Below, in pieces: positions 50,970-64,000 of a DNA stretch of 64,000 nucleotides. The notes under the pieces are model-generated. The model had not been told where the DNA came from and did no database searches. It worked only from the letters and a program-made list of their open reading frames with translations. The translations under genes and the position numbers were made by a program. Numbering within the stretch: position 1 is the first letter of the stretch; every line of letters starts with the position of its first letter. This stretch comes from Squalus acanthias (taxonomy: Eukaryota). The stretch covers positions 54,126,001-54,190,000 of the forward strand of contig CM059437.1 in assembly GCA_030390025.1 (NCBI GenBank), in the 5' to 3' direction.

Positions 50970-52930
50970 TCCTCAATGATATCCTGCCCCTTGCAATTTC
51001 CCCTTCCCAATCCTACTGCTCCTCCGTAATGTGGCCCCAGTGGCTGCAGCAAGGCTGGTGGAAGGCTGGTGAGTTTGGAGGTCAGAGACTGCAGATGGCC
51101 TTGCAGGACGCCCTCGACCAACTCTGGGTCCGGAGGGCCCGGCTACAGACTGCACCAACCCTGCATGGGCTGCAGCAGTCTGGGATGGCTGGGTTACAGG
51201 CTGCGGCAAGTGCAATGGTGGAGTGGCACTGGTGGGAGCAGGAATGCTGTCATCCTGAGATGACAGCACCTTCCTGCTCGACCGACACACTGCCACTTCA
51301 CCGGGGCAGAAACTCAGCATCCGGAGCAATCTGCTCGAGCACAGATTGCTGGCCTGCTGTGACACAGTGAGATCCCCGGTGGGCAGTGGGTGACCCAGCT
51401 ATGATGGCAGCAGTCAGCGCTTGCGTGGCATCAATTTGGGACTGCATGAGAGCAGTCTGAGATTGTATGGCACCAACCACTGACTCCATTACAGCACTAA
51501 GCCGTTGCATTCCCTCAGCATGTGCTGCATGTCACCTCAGTCTTGACACGTGGCATGGGGTCTGGCTCCCCATGGTCTCCCTGCAAGTTAACCATCCTCT
51601 GCAAAGTGGCAAGGATGGGCTCGAAGGTATGCGCACAGATGACAGAAGTGCTGGTGGCAGACTCCTCCATGCTCCAAGCCAGTGCATCCATGCTCTCGGG
51701 CACCCTTGCCATTGCACCCATGAGCTCAGTATGCATGCTCATCGCCTACGTGGTCATCGCCTCGACTTCGAGGTCCTCATCCAAGTCCTGTGCAGCAGAT
51801 CTCATGCGCCCACTCACTCTCTGGGGAGATGGCCCCCGAGCTTCCCTTCCCACATGGCGTTTCTGCAGTCTGCTGGGTCCCGGAGCTTCACTCACATCAG
51901 AGTGATTTCCACTGCTCCCCTCCAGCGACCGCATGGCCCCATTATCCGATGTCTCACCCTCGGGAGATGCAGGCAGTGAGGCTCTGGCTTGGTGTTCCTT
52001 CTCCTCTCCCATGTCACTGCCACTGGGAGGCTGAGGGACAAGCTGTTCAGATGGTAACTGATTATCTGAAAGCAGCAAGGCAGAAGAGCGGCATTAACGT
52101 GAGGGGCGAGGGGCAGGAAGGGAGCAAGGAATGGAGACAGTGTACTTAGATGGAAAGTGGGAAAGGCTCGTGTTGTGAGGGGAAGTGGTCTGAGAGACGA
52201 GGGACAATTAATGATCATACCATTGCTGTCCCCAATGGGGTCGACCTCTCCAACTGCCACAGCACCCATGACATGGCTTGCGATGGTGTAGTGCACTCGC
52301 TCCTCCAGCTGTGTATTTTCTTGCTGCTCCGCCTGACCTCCTTTCGTGCGGATCTTCTCCCTCCTGTTATGAGCAAGCTTGGCCTGCAAGAAAAAGGACA
52401 GCGTGTGAGTGAGTGTGGAGCCATGTGTTTGACACGTGTGCTTACCATAGTTGAATAGCTCTTAATGTCTGCGAGGTATCAACGTGACTTTTAGTTGTTG
52501 GGCGTAGTTGGTGGGTGAGAGTTGGGGATTTGGCGGTTAATACCATCTGTGCAGAGTCAGGTTGAGATGGTGGGATGTATTGGCTTTTCAAGCATGTACT
52601 CATGCTGATCACACGAGTGAGGTCATGAAATTCTTGCAACACTGGGTGTTAGTCCTTCGGACCACGCTTCTGGCCGAGATGTACTGGGCCACCTCAATCC
52701 ACATATTTATGAACTCCCGTGGCAATGGCCTCCTGCCAGTATCTGGGAACCGCATTGCCTATTGGCGTTACACAGCCATAACCACAGCCTCCAATGCCTG
52801 GTCGCTGAAACGATGAACTCTCTCCCTGCGCCTCTGAGCAGCCATGAGATTGCTGTTGGAAGGATTGCACTTCCTTGCAGGCCCAGGTCGCAAGCAGCAA
52901 TGATATAGGGTGAGGCTGTGCAGCATGATT
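50970..52930 (-). pseudogene. Harbinger Myb/SANT-like DNA-binding protein, spliced and disrupted
   Basis: RFSDQALEAVV...W.EVA...RT.TQC.K (52620-52825); AKLAHNRRE..RT.GG (~52330-52388). Confidence 0.75.
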
Positions 52931-53008
52931 GAACATCTCCTTTAAGAACTGGAAGGCACCAGTCTGCCTGACTACTAGGGGGAGCGCTAACAGGGCACTA
53001 GGAACTTA

Positions 53009-53901
53009 TGGGTAAAAATTCAGTTGGTTGCGCCTCCCGTTAGCGCCTTAAGAGGGCGCTAATGGGGCGCAAAGCCGCTAACGCCCGGGCGCAGCGATGT
53101 TTGCGCTGCTAGGGAACTTAACTTGACATTGTGCGGCGGCGCTAAACTTTACCGCTGCGATCACCTGCGCGCGCAGATTGTGATGTCATTCCATGGTGCA
53201 ACGCCCTTGTGGTGCCCTGGAGCGGAAATTGAGTGGCGCCCCCTGCCTTACCGCCTGGCGCATCCAACGACCAGAAGACTGGAACGCTATCAATCGCTGT
53301 GGGGCTGGGGGGGGGGGTGGGGGGCACTATTTAAAGGGGGCCTCTTCCTGTCTTTTATTGTTGGTGGCATTTTTGAACTACGCATTCTGAGAGAGAGAGG
53401 GAGAGACTTCTGGAGAGATTCAACGTTGTGTGAAGGAGTTTTGGGTACTGAGCAGGTTCATTTTGATTTGCCATTCCTTGTATCGATTTAGCAGAGACTG
53501 TGGGAGCTGCACTCTGAGCTCTTTGCCTGGTACTCTCCATTGTTCTTTCCAGCACATTTGATGTGCAAGTCTCTCCAGGCCGAGATTCAAGGCTGCAATG
53601 AACAGGATGTGGATGGAAAGCAAGATTAACCATCCCCTTTAAGAACTGGCCCATGCCATTGTGTGTGTGTTCCATTGCTGACTGACATTACATGAGCTTC
53701 GCCAGCGCTCTGAGTTAGCGCCTCACTCCTTGGCCTTTGCGCCTTAAGACAGGTGTGCAGCGCCTGATTTAGCGCTCCACTCACCTCCCGGGGCGGTAAA
53801 AGTGAAGTTTCCAGTCAGTGCCGATAATTAGCGCCAGGCGCTAATATTTGCGTCCAGACGATATTTGCGCCCCAAATGGGGCGCGACCTAATTTTTCCCC
53901 C
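53009..53901 (+). mobile_element. MITE family A (893 bp non-autonomous Harbinger), nested in an older relative spanning ~52977-54665
   Basis: TIR-like ends GGGTAAAAATT / AATTTTTCCCCC; TTA TSD (53006-53008, 53902-53904). Confidence 0.88.
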
Positions 53902-55260
53902 TTAGTGCGCAAAGTTTTAGCGCCACTCGTGAAATTGACCAATCATTTTGTGGCGACACTAAACACTACCGCCACGATATCTTCCACCCACAGATCGTGA
54001 TGTCAGTTGAGCATGCAATTTCCCGGTAGCGCCGCAGACCAGATATTGAGTTGCGCCCCCTGCCTTAGCGCCTGCGGCTAGGAACAACAGGTAAAGGGGA
54101 ACGTTTTCATGTCAGGAAGGGGCTGGGGGAGCGCTATTTAAAGGCGGGCACTTCCTGCCTTTTCTTGTCGGCAAAATTTTTGGTACACGCAGGTTCAGAG
54201 GGAGAGAGATGTCTGGAAGATTTTACGCTGTCCTAAGGAGTTTTGGCCCTCAGCACCACTTTTGCGGTTCCTAAGCTCACAGCTCTTTCCCTGGACCTAT
54301 CCATTAGTGCTTCCAACACAATTGCTTTAGAGGGCTCTCCAGGCCTAGATTCAAGGCTGCAATGAGCAGGGTGTGGATGACCAGCAAGATGGGCCCGCCC
54401 CTTTAAGAACTGGACGGCACCAGTCTGTCTGTCTTCCATGGCAACTGACATCACCTGAGCTTCAGTAGCATTCTAAGGTGGCACCTCGCTCCCCGACGTT
54501 TGCGCCTTAAGAGAGGTGTGTAGAGCCTGATTTAGCGCTCAAATCACCTCCAGAGGCGATAGAGGGAAATTTTGCAGTTGGAAGCAATAATTAGCACTGG
54601 CTGCTAAACTTTGCACCCGGCCGGTATTCGCGCCCCCAAAATGGTCGATACCGAATATTACCCCCAGGTCTTTTTGAATGGTGAAGTTGTAAAAGGTACA
54701 GCAGGCTGTAAATTTTTCGTGAAGTACAATCTGGATCATATTGCAAATCTGGCAAGGTAGTGAAAGTATGCCTTTTATGTCCTTTTTGTCCTCCAAACGA
54801 CTAACCTAGTAGAGGCAGTTGCCTACTAGCTGTGCTCCTGTGCTGTCTTCGGGCGCCCTTACTGGGAGTAGAATCTATAGGAGCAGGGGATAGGCTTTGT
54901 CACCAGAAAGCCATTCATGGACGCGATTTCCGCCGAACCGCCTGAACAGAGGTTGAGGAGGCGAATCATGCAGTAGGAAGGTATTATGACAACTTCCACC
55001 ATATTGGGTGTTGAGATTAAGGATTCTCTGCATGTTGTCGAACACCATCTGCACGTTCTGGGATATGAAGCGCCTCGTGTTGATGAAGTTGAAGAGTTTT
55101 CTGTGGTAGTTTGCGAAGCAACATCCGTACCATCGATTGCAGCCTTTGTGGAAACCACAACCCCGGAAAATTAGATGGCCCTTACTTCTTTCTGCCTTGC
55201 TGTGATTTCAAAGGTGATGAGTTTGCCTACTCTCCTGTAAAGGACATCCACAACATAAAG

Positions 55261-55988
55261 GGCCAGAAATTCGGCTTTCCGGCTTCCTGCGGGTGCAAGC
55301 ATCGTGCGCGTACTTGCCTACCGCGCCTGCTGTTGTGCTCTGGGCCCATGAGGACTTCGGCTCCTTGACCTCCTCCAGCTGCCGGCACGCAGTGCTTGTG
55401 TATCCCAGGGACGCAGTTAGTTCGAAGCATCCCCTGGGATCACGTGGGCCATGGAGAGCCAATCGGAGCAGGGCATTTTCATTCATAGATTTGACAGGAA
55501 GACCTGTCAAATCTATGAATAGAGATCGGCCCCAAAACCACACTTAAACTTCAAATAAATTTAAAAAAAAATCACATTTTTAAAATAACTATAAGTTACA
55601 TAAATTAACTACTTTAAACAAAAATTTTAAGTTTTGAAAAAATTAATTATACTTTTTAGCGGTGCTAAAAATAAACTTACCTTTCTTTAACGTATCTAAA
55701 AAATATAAACCTGTTGAAAAAATGTTTAAATTGTAATTAATTAACCGCTTACCTTGTTAAAAACAGGCCTTGTGCCTCCTTTGTAAAAGTGCAGCTTCTC
55801 CATACTTATCCTCCTGGAGAAACCTGAAAGAAACCCGTAGTTTGCTGCGTTCGACTTCTGAACCCTTCCCTTCAGGGGAACGGAAGTTCCGGTTTCCCGC
55901 GCAGTGCATGCAGGAAACCAGCACTTCAGGGGGCCTTATGCGTGAGTACACAGCGCGTACTCACCCGACAACAGCCGAATTTCTGGCC
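55261..55988. mobile_element. MITE family B copy (inverted relative to the 45447 and 56180 copies)
   Basis: TIRs GGCCAGAAATTCGGC / GCCGAATTTCTGGCC; absent from the paralog at ~6750. Confidence 0.85.
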
Positions 55989-56179
55989 GAATGAATGAAC
56001 GCCCATACTACTGCGTGGCTGATAGTGCAGAGATTCCGAACAGGTGCTTCGAATTGCCCTGTGGTATCAACGTTGAGGGCGGTGCCAAGCCCCTGAGAGA
56101 TCAGTGTGAGAAGATGAGTGTGGCTGGAGGTCCAGCTGCATGGTGAGCCTATTGCCTCTTCAATAACAGAATTTAATGA

Positions 56180-56875
56180 GGCAGATATTTCGTTCCCGAC
56201 GGGTGTCTACGCACTGTGTACTCACCCGTCGGGCCAACGGAAATGCCGGTTTTAGGCATGTACTGCGCATGCACTGGAAACCAGCATTTCCGATCTGTCA
56301 AGAAAGCTCTTGACAGATCCTCCACCTGCGCTGGAGCAGGGCCTCTGCGGGTGGAGAGTTCCATTTTTTGGAGACCCTCCATCCGCAGAAAACACTTACA
56401 ATTCTTGCGCCTGTAAAAGCAGGCGCAAGGCCTGCCTTTACCAGGCTAACAGTGGAAGAAAGTAACCACTGATTTATCATTTTAAAATACTTTAAAGAAA
56501 GGTAAGTTTATTTTTAGCCACGTTAAAAACTTTAATTATTTTTTCAAAAATTAAAATTTTTGTTTAAAATAGTTAATTTATGTAATTTATAGTGATTTTA
56601 AAAATGTGATTTAAAAAAAAATTTATTTGATGTTTTACTTAGGTTTTGGGGTGATCTCCATTCATAAATTTGACAGGTCTTCCTGTCAAATCTATGAATG
56701 GAAATTCCCTGCTCTGATTGGCTTCCCATGGCCCACGTGATCCCAGGGACGCTGCGAACCGCCTGCGCCTCTGGGATACGCATGCCCTGCACTCCGGCAG
56801 TTTGAAGAGGCCCAGCAACGGAACTCTGCGACTCCCGGGAGCCCGCAGGAGGCCTGCGAACTGAATTTCTGGGCC
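56180..56875. mobile_element. MITE family B copy inserted in a CR1 3' fragment
   Basis: Same internal layout as 45447-46208; ends GAATTTCTGGGCC. Confidence 0.8.
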
Positions 56876-58289
56876 ATTATACTTTGCAAAAGAACCAGAG
56901 GGGAGATGAGGAGAATTTTTTTATGTAACGCGCTCTTATGATCTGGAATTCACTGCCTTAAAGGATGGTAGAAGCAGATTGAATAGTAACTTTAAAAATA
57001 AAATTGGATAAATACTTGAAAAGGAAAAATGTGTAGGGCTATGGGGAAGGAGCAGGGGAGTTGGACTAATTGGGTAGTTCTTTCAAAGAGCGTGCACAGG
57101 CACGATGCACCGAATGGCCTGCTCTTGTTCTGTATGATTTTATGATTCAACGATTCTATAGAACACGGACACTTTGTATCAAATAACATGAAGCAGATCT
57201 AATTGATTTATGCTGGAATCATAGATCCGTAATATTAACCCAGGGTATCGAAGAATGGAAAATGTTCCTTGCTTCGTCTAATTATTACCATCCTTTGATC
57301 GCGGGGTTTGGGCAACAATGGAATGGCCTCGGTTATTGGCCATCACTAGATGCCCTGAGAAATTGATAGACTGCATTCTCTTTGAAGCTCTGTTTGCGTT
57401 GATGGTGCTCCCATGCAGGTATTGGGTAAGAAATCCCAGGCGATTGAACCAGCGACCGAGTTAGGATAGTGCATGGCTTGGAGGGCAGCCTGGAGGTTAC
57501 GGTGTTCGCACAACACTGTTGCTGTGATCCTTCTCAGTGTAGAGGTGGCAGGGAAGACCAGTGCTATCAAATCAACCGTGGTAATTTGCTGCAATGCATT
57601 CTGTAGATCTTACATATTGCTGCCAATGATGAACTATATGTCGGGTTCAATGGCAGGAGCACAGTTCAAGCGAACTGTTCGCTTTTGATTGGTGTTGAAG
57701 TACTTGTGTCTTGTTGAGGCTGCACGCATTCAGACGAGTGGTGAATATTACATCACACTGTTCACTTGAGTCGATAGATCTTCGAGAGGCTTCCAGGAGT
57801 CACAGAAAACCTAGCCTCAGCTCTGGTCTTGTAGCCTTAGTTTTGCTACGACTATTTCAGTTAATATTCTGGCCTTTGGTAACCTACAAGATGTTGATCG
57901 TGGGGCTTTTTGGAAGTATGATTACAGCTACTGGAGGTATTTTGTTTGTATTCCTTTGAGGCAGGAATTCCTCTGGTCACTGTGTAATGTGATACCCTAA
58001 ATGTTCGTGAACATTGCCTCATGTTTGTCTTGCGAACGTAAAAGCTTAGAAGACGTTCTTTTCGAAGGATTACGAGTTCACTAGCAATACTAATTGAGAG
58101 AATCTTCATCAACGCATTTACAATGTCCCACAAATCGTGATTAAATCAATTGCTAATCCGCCTGCAAACAAGTTGACTCAGGAACACCCGGTGTAAACAC
58201 GAAGCTAAACTCAGAGCCACCAATGCACACTGCACAGTTCTAGAACGAAATAAAGCAACAGTCCCTCTCACAAAAATAGTTTGGTCATG

Positions 58290-58951
58290 TAGATAAGGTG
58301 GTTAGAAAGGAATATGGGATACTTGCCTTCATTAGCCGAGGCATAGAATATAAGAGAAGGGAGGTTATGATGGAGCTGTACAAAACGCTAGTTAGGCCAC
58401 AGCTGGAATACTGTGTGCAGTTCTGGTCGCCACACTATAGGAAGGATGTGATTGCATTGGAGAGGGTGCAGAGGAGATTCACCAGGATGTTACCTGGGCT
58501 GGAGCGCTTCAGCTAGGAAGAGAGACTGGACAGGCTGGGGTTGTTTTCCTTAGAGCAGAGAAGGCTGAGGGGGGACCTGATTGAGGTGTACACAATTATG
58601 AGGGGCATAGATAGGGTAGATAGAAAGGAACTTTTCCCCTTAGTAGAGGGGGTCAATAGCCAGGGGGTATAGTTTCAAGATAAGGGGCAGGAGGTTTAGA
58701 GGGGATTTGAGGAAAAACTTTTTCACCCAGAGGGTGGTTGGAATCTGGGACTCACTGCCTGAAAGGGTGGTAGAGGCAGGAACCCTCACAACATTCAAGA
58801 AGCATTTAGATGAGCACTTGAAACGCCATAGCATACAAGGCTACGGACAAAGTGCTCGAAAATGGGGTTAGAATAGACAGGGCTTGATGGCCGGCGCGGA
58901 CACGATGGGCCGAAGGGCCTCTTTCTGTGCTGTATAACTCTATGACTCTAT
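58290..58951 (+). mobile_element. Young 5'-truncated CR1 LINE 3' end
   Basis: LYKTLVRPQLEYCVQFWSPHYRKD; (ACTCTATG)n tail split by the MITE. Confidence 0.9.
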
Positions 58952-59844
58952 GGGGTAGAAATTAGGTCGCGCCCCATTTGGGGCGCAAATATCGTCCGGA
59001 CGCAAATATTAGCGCCTGGCGCTAATTATCGGCACTGACGGGAAACTTCACTTTTAACGCCCCGGGAGGTGAGTGGAGCGCTAAAGCAGGCGCTGCACAC
59101 CTCTCTTAAGGCGCAAAGGCCGAGCAGTGAGGCGCTAACTCGGAGCGCTGGCGAACCTCATGTAATGTCAGTCAGCAATGGAACACACACACAATGGCAC
59201 GGGCCAGTTCTTAAAGGGGATGGTTAATCTTGCTTTCCATCCACATCCTGTTCATTGCTGCCTTGAATCTCGGCCTGGAGAGACTTGCACATCAAATGTG
59301 CTGGAAAGAACAATGGAGAGCACCAGGCAAAGAGCTCAGAGTGCAGCTCCCACGGTCTCTGCTAAATCGATACAAGGAATGGCAAATCAAAATGAACCTG
59401 CAAAGTGCTGCTCAGTACCCAAAACTCCTTCACACAACGTTGAATCTCTCCAGAAGTCTCTCCCTCTCTCTCTCAGAATGCGTAGTTCAAAAATGCCACC
59501 AACAATAAAAGACAGGAAGAGGCCCCCTTTAAATAGCGCCCCCCCCAGCCCCACAGCGATTGATAGCGTTCCAGTCTTCTGGTCGTTGGAAGCGCCAGGC
59601 GGTAAGGCAGGGGGCGCCACTCAATTTCCGCTACGGGGCGCCCCAAGGGCGTTGCACCATGGAATGACGTCACAATCTGCGCGCGCAGGTGGTCGCAGCG
59701 GTAAGTTTTAGCGCCGCCGCACAATCTCAAGTTAAGTTCTCGAGCGGCGCAAACATCGCTGCGCCCGGGCGTTAGCGGCTTTGCGCCCCATTAGCGCCCT
59801 CTTAAGGCGCTAACGGGTGGCGCAACCAAGTGAATTTTTACCCC
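58952..59844 (-). mobile_element. MITE family A copy (893 bp), reverse complement of 53009-53901
   Basis: GGGGTAGAAATT...AATTTTTACCCC; 3-bp TSD TAT inside the CR1 tail. Confidence 0.9.
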
Positions 59845-62796
59845 TATGACTCTATGTTCAACACAGATGGAGCTAGAGTCACTATTGCTGGTTTACTCTC
59901 ACTATTTTAGGGACCCAATCTTGCTGACGTCATTAAATCCCACGAGTACTTGTAACCCCGTTTTGTGATTCGTTATTTTCTGCACTTTACTTGTCAAATA
60001 TGTAAATGACTGAGAAAATCGATCGATAGCTGTTTAGGCACAGACATTCTTACAGGCGAGGATGATGAGCCTGCTGTGGTTTGGACCATCTGTATCTGAC
60101 AGGGTTATTCTGTTCTTTTTTGTTCTCGTTAACCTAAACATAGATTTATATATTCCATTCAGACTGTTCACTTTGTGTTCACATTATGTGGTATCCCGGG
60201 CGGGGAGAAGACACTACGTGGCTTTCTGTGGCTCTGCTGGGAGGCCAGCTTGAGGAGATACTGAGCTGGGCCGTTGTACGCTTTGATAGTCAGGCTGCTG
60301 CATGTTACCTTTCAGTATTTTACACGAGATGTACTGCTTGGTTGCAGTGTCTCATCAGCGAACCACCCTCCTCAAGGAAGCACAATGCGTCTGTATCTGC
60401 CCAATATTTAAGTGCAAATAATGTGCCCCGGAATGAGCATACAACTATTTTGCTCTGTTTCGCTTTACCCTGCTCCATTTCTTTGTTCTTTGGAGAAACT
60501 TTCGCAATTTAGTTAAATTTGGTCAGCAGGGACGCTATTGGTCAGAGAAGGGACATCCCTTTCAAAATTACTCCAACTGCAGTGATTCGAAACAAAATTG
60601 TTCGCTGTCTTACTGCACATGAGGAGCGCAGCTAATTGAATGAAAATGAAACTTAAGGCAGGCATTATCGGTTTATCTTAGTAGGCGGCGGAATAACTGT
60701 GTGCAAACACGTTTTGTGACTGAAAAAGCTCTTAAACTTCGCGTTCTCGGCGCATTTGAAGTCAGATCAATATTAATTATTGGCACTGAATACAACGTGA
60801 TGTTATCGTGTTATTTAAACAGTTTCTCACTACATATAATTGCAGGGAATCTACATCATAGAAACAAGGTAATTAAGTCCTTCCAACTTGTTCCGGCTTT
60901 CGGTTAGATCATGGTTGATCTGCACCTGACGTCCATTTACTCGCCTTTGTTCCGTATCTCTTAATAATCTTACCGAACAAAATAAAATATGGAGCACAGT
61001 CTTGAAAATGTCAATTGACACATTATCCACAGCCTTTGGGAGCGGCTGGGGTGCGGGGGTGCTCGTTCCAGATTTAAACTACCGTGTGTGTGTGAAAGGG
61101 TGCTTCCTGAGTTCATTCCTAAATGGCTCAGCTCCAATGTTAAGATTGTGGCCTCTTTTTCTGGATTTCCCCACTAGTGGAAATAGTTTATCTGTATCTG
61201 TCCTATCGAATTTCTTAATAACGTTAAATACCTCGGTGAGATCACTCCTGAGCCGTTAAAAATCAAGGAAATACAAACCACTTTTCTGTAATCTGTCCCC
61301 ATAAGTTACCCCTTTAAGCCCGCGCATCATTCTACACTGTATCCCTTCAAAGACCAATATATCTTTCCTGAGAGTCGGTGCCCTAAACTGAATGCAGTAC
61401 TCCAGATGGGGTCTGACCAAGGCTGTGTACAACGGAAACAATACTTTTCACTTTTTAATTCCAATCCCCTTGGGATAAGGTTCAACATTCCATTAGCCTC
61501 TTTGATCACTTTTTAGTGATTTGTTTACATGGACAACTAAATCCATTTGCTCATCCACAGCTCCTAGTCTCTCAGCATTAAGCAAATATTCTGATTTATC
61601 ATTCTCAGGCCCAATGTGGATGATTTCATGCTTCCCCACATTGAGCTACATCTGCCAAAATTTTGCCCATTCACTTAGTCTATCTAAGTAACTTGCATCG
61701 CCGATCAACAAAACTTAATGTGCCTCCTAACTTAGTGTAATCAGCAAATTTGTACATATAATTCTCTGGGCCTTCATCCGAGTCATTAATATATACGGCG
61801 AAAAGCTATGATCACTGACCTGATTCCTAGCGAACACCACTTATCACATCCTTTATACATACTCACTGTCTCCTACCTCCCAAGCAATTACCAACTCATA
61901 ACTTCAAATAATTTATACATTTGATCTGTAGGTAGTTATCTTATATTTATGCCTCCTTGTTCTGGACTCACCCACAGTGGAAACAGTTTTTCCACGTCCC
62001 CGTACCGCAAACCTTCATAATTTTAAACCCTGTATCAAATCTCATATGACTTCTCTTTTCCAGAGAAAAGAGCCTACCTATTTCTTTTTCCTGATAGTTG
62101 CATTCTCCCATTTCTAGTAACAAGCTTGTAAATATTTTCTGCACTTTCTCCAGTCCTCCGATATCATTTTTGTATGGAAGTTGAATTGAGCACAGTTCTA
62201 TATAAATCTAACACTAACCACCTGGTTTTGTATTCTATTATTCTAGAAATGAAGTAACACTTTGTTTACAATCTTTATGGCCTTAACAACTTGTGTTGCT
62301 ACTTTTAGCGATTGAAGAATTTTTACTCCTAAATCAGCCGGAACAACGAAGACGATGTACTAAGGGGTTACGGTACCGAGTGTGTGATTAGTGTGAAGCT
62401 CAATTTAAAACACGCGACTCTTATCTGAGCTGGTTTCAGTCAAGGGCTTGACCGAATCTGTAGTTACGATGAATAAAAGCTCAGAATTTTGTCACATTTA
62501 GAAAGTTGCTATTAATTGCTTCAGGGGTAACGGACAGGAAAGAATAACAGCACCTCAGATAAAGGAAGAGTCATTTTATTACACTGCGGTATCTGTAACG
62601 TTACACTGAAACTTTGATCAGTTCAGGGTGAGCACACTTTAAAATACAGACAGCGGAATGTAGCGGACAAACTGCACATCTGTTGTGGTTTGAAATGTTC
62701 CACTTAAACTCAAACATGTAATAGCTGATTACGGATTTTATTTTTAAAGAAACTTTACTAATGGTATAATAGATCAATACATAAACGATTATTGAA

Positions 62797-63119
62797 TCAG
62801 ATACAGCTGGATCTGGCGATACTTTTTTCAAGCGGGTTTGCCTGAGTCTCGTGTTTATCCACACAGGAGTAAAGCTCATGTGAGTTCCACTCTGAGGCTG
62901 GCAGAGTCAGATAACTGCTCACACTGAACGTGTTGTCCGTCTCCTGTTGGATCCGACTGGTCTCAACACCATTCCCTCTGACACTGCCATCTACAGTCCA
63001 CTCAATCTCCACAGCGCCCAGGTTAAAGCCGTTCACCAAACACACCAGGGTCGCCGTGTTCTTTGCTGCGATTTGATCCGATGAAGGTGGAAGGAAGGAA
63101 ACCGAGTGGTCTCGCGGAC
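62797..63119 (-). CDS. IGLC: Ig light chain constant exon, cluster 3 (VJ lies beyond the window)
   Basis: Acceptor ttttcag; 323 nt open; PRDHSVSFLPPS...CLVNGFNLG...YSCVDKH...SSCI*. Confidence 0.93.
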
Positions 63120-64000
63120 CTGAAAAAGAGAAATAAATGAAAGATCCATTCTTAATTGACTTAAAAGTCGCAATTAATGTTTTACTTTCTTCAAATCTTT
63201 AAAAATTCGGCGTCACTCTACAAAGCCAGGAGGAATTTAATAGAACGGAACCTCATTAGTGTCAATTGTACAACCACTGGTGCCCACAGTTCTAGAAAAT
63301 ATAGAACCTGAGAAGATGTTCCTACTTTTCCTACATGGAAAGGAGCACACGACAATTCTTAAAAGGAAATGTAATCTAAAGGAAGTAAATTGTGTCAGAA
63401 AATAATAAAATCATGAAAATAATACTGGGACACAATATTATATTGAATTGTACTGGTCTCACGCAATCTCTCACAGACAGTGTCCCAGGAGCTCAGGATT
63501 TAAAAGAAACATAAATGGCAATGAATCCGAATTCGGGATAAATATTGGAGACATTGCTAACAGCAAAGATTCTGCAATATTTAACTCAAAACACTCGATT
63601 CTAATCAAATTACTGTTAATCTCGATTGTTTGCTTCTGTCTCCAGCTTTGCTGTTCTTTTGACGGAAGTGGTAAATATTGGACTAGTATTTGGATTGCTG
63701 TACAATGACTGCCGTGGGTTTCCTGCATCGTCCGACGCTGACTATATTGTGTAAAACTTCAGAAGACTGTTCTATCACATTCGAAATACGCTGTTTGGAG
63801 ACCTCTCTGGGGTCAGAGTGTCACCAAAATTATGTACTCATTAAAGTGAAAGAGTTTCCAACAAAGAACGTCTGATTATTTAAAAAAATTGTATCTATAT
63901 TGTATAATTATATCCCAACAATAACCTCAATTTGCAAGTCATGAAGCCACAAATATCCTCGGCATTATTTATCCCTCAACCAACGTCGGTAAAACAGATT

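Larger units (their letters stand above)
49081..52975. mobile_element. Decayed autonomous PIF/Harbinger DNA transposon
   Basis: Convergent transposase and Myb/SANT genes; flanks homologous to MITE family A. Confidence 0.85.
4660..64000. repeat. Tandem segmental duplication, ~23-25 kb unit (about 4660-23340, 26480-47440, 47450->64000)
   Basis: C exons are 23,393 and 24,714 bp apart; colinear intron and spacer blocks differ by unit-specific TE insertions. Confidence 0.9.

Noticed and set aside
59178-59711. 177-aa ORF duplicated at 53355-53675 as a gene family
   Set aside because: Lies within MITE family A, is frameshifted between copies and has no recognisable domain

Overview
Eukaryotic, repeat-rich vertebrate DNA, almost certainly from a cartilaginous fish. 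It carries a tandem array of ~23-25 kb duplicated units, each with an immunoglobulin light-chain cluster on the minus strand. Two clusters are complete (leader, germline-joined VJ, C; 14690-18723 and 38083-41913); the C exon of a third lies at 62797-63119. The V sequences are lambda-like (shark type II), already fused in frame to J with no RSS, and sit behind dual-octamer promoters. The spacers are filled with mobile elements. These include the env plus a 1.33-kb 3' LTR of a non-orthoretroviral ERV whose Env resembles an F-type fusion protein (lokiretrovirus/spuma-like), and a nearly intact CsRN1-type Gypsy with TSD and a paralogous empty site. Also present are a truncated Mag-like Gypsy, a decayed PIF/Harbinger with two MITE families, many CR1 LINE pieces, a Deu-type SINE, and Penelope fragments carrying minimal hammerhead ribozymes, one of them a foldback with a ribozyme on each strand. 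Best leads: the F-like ERV env, the double-hammerhead foldback, one CTCF-like site per Ig unit, and a 343-bp templated insertion inside a LINE. All family assignments come from motifs read by eye; no database searches were run.
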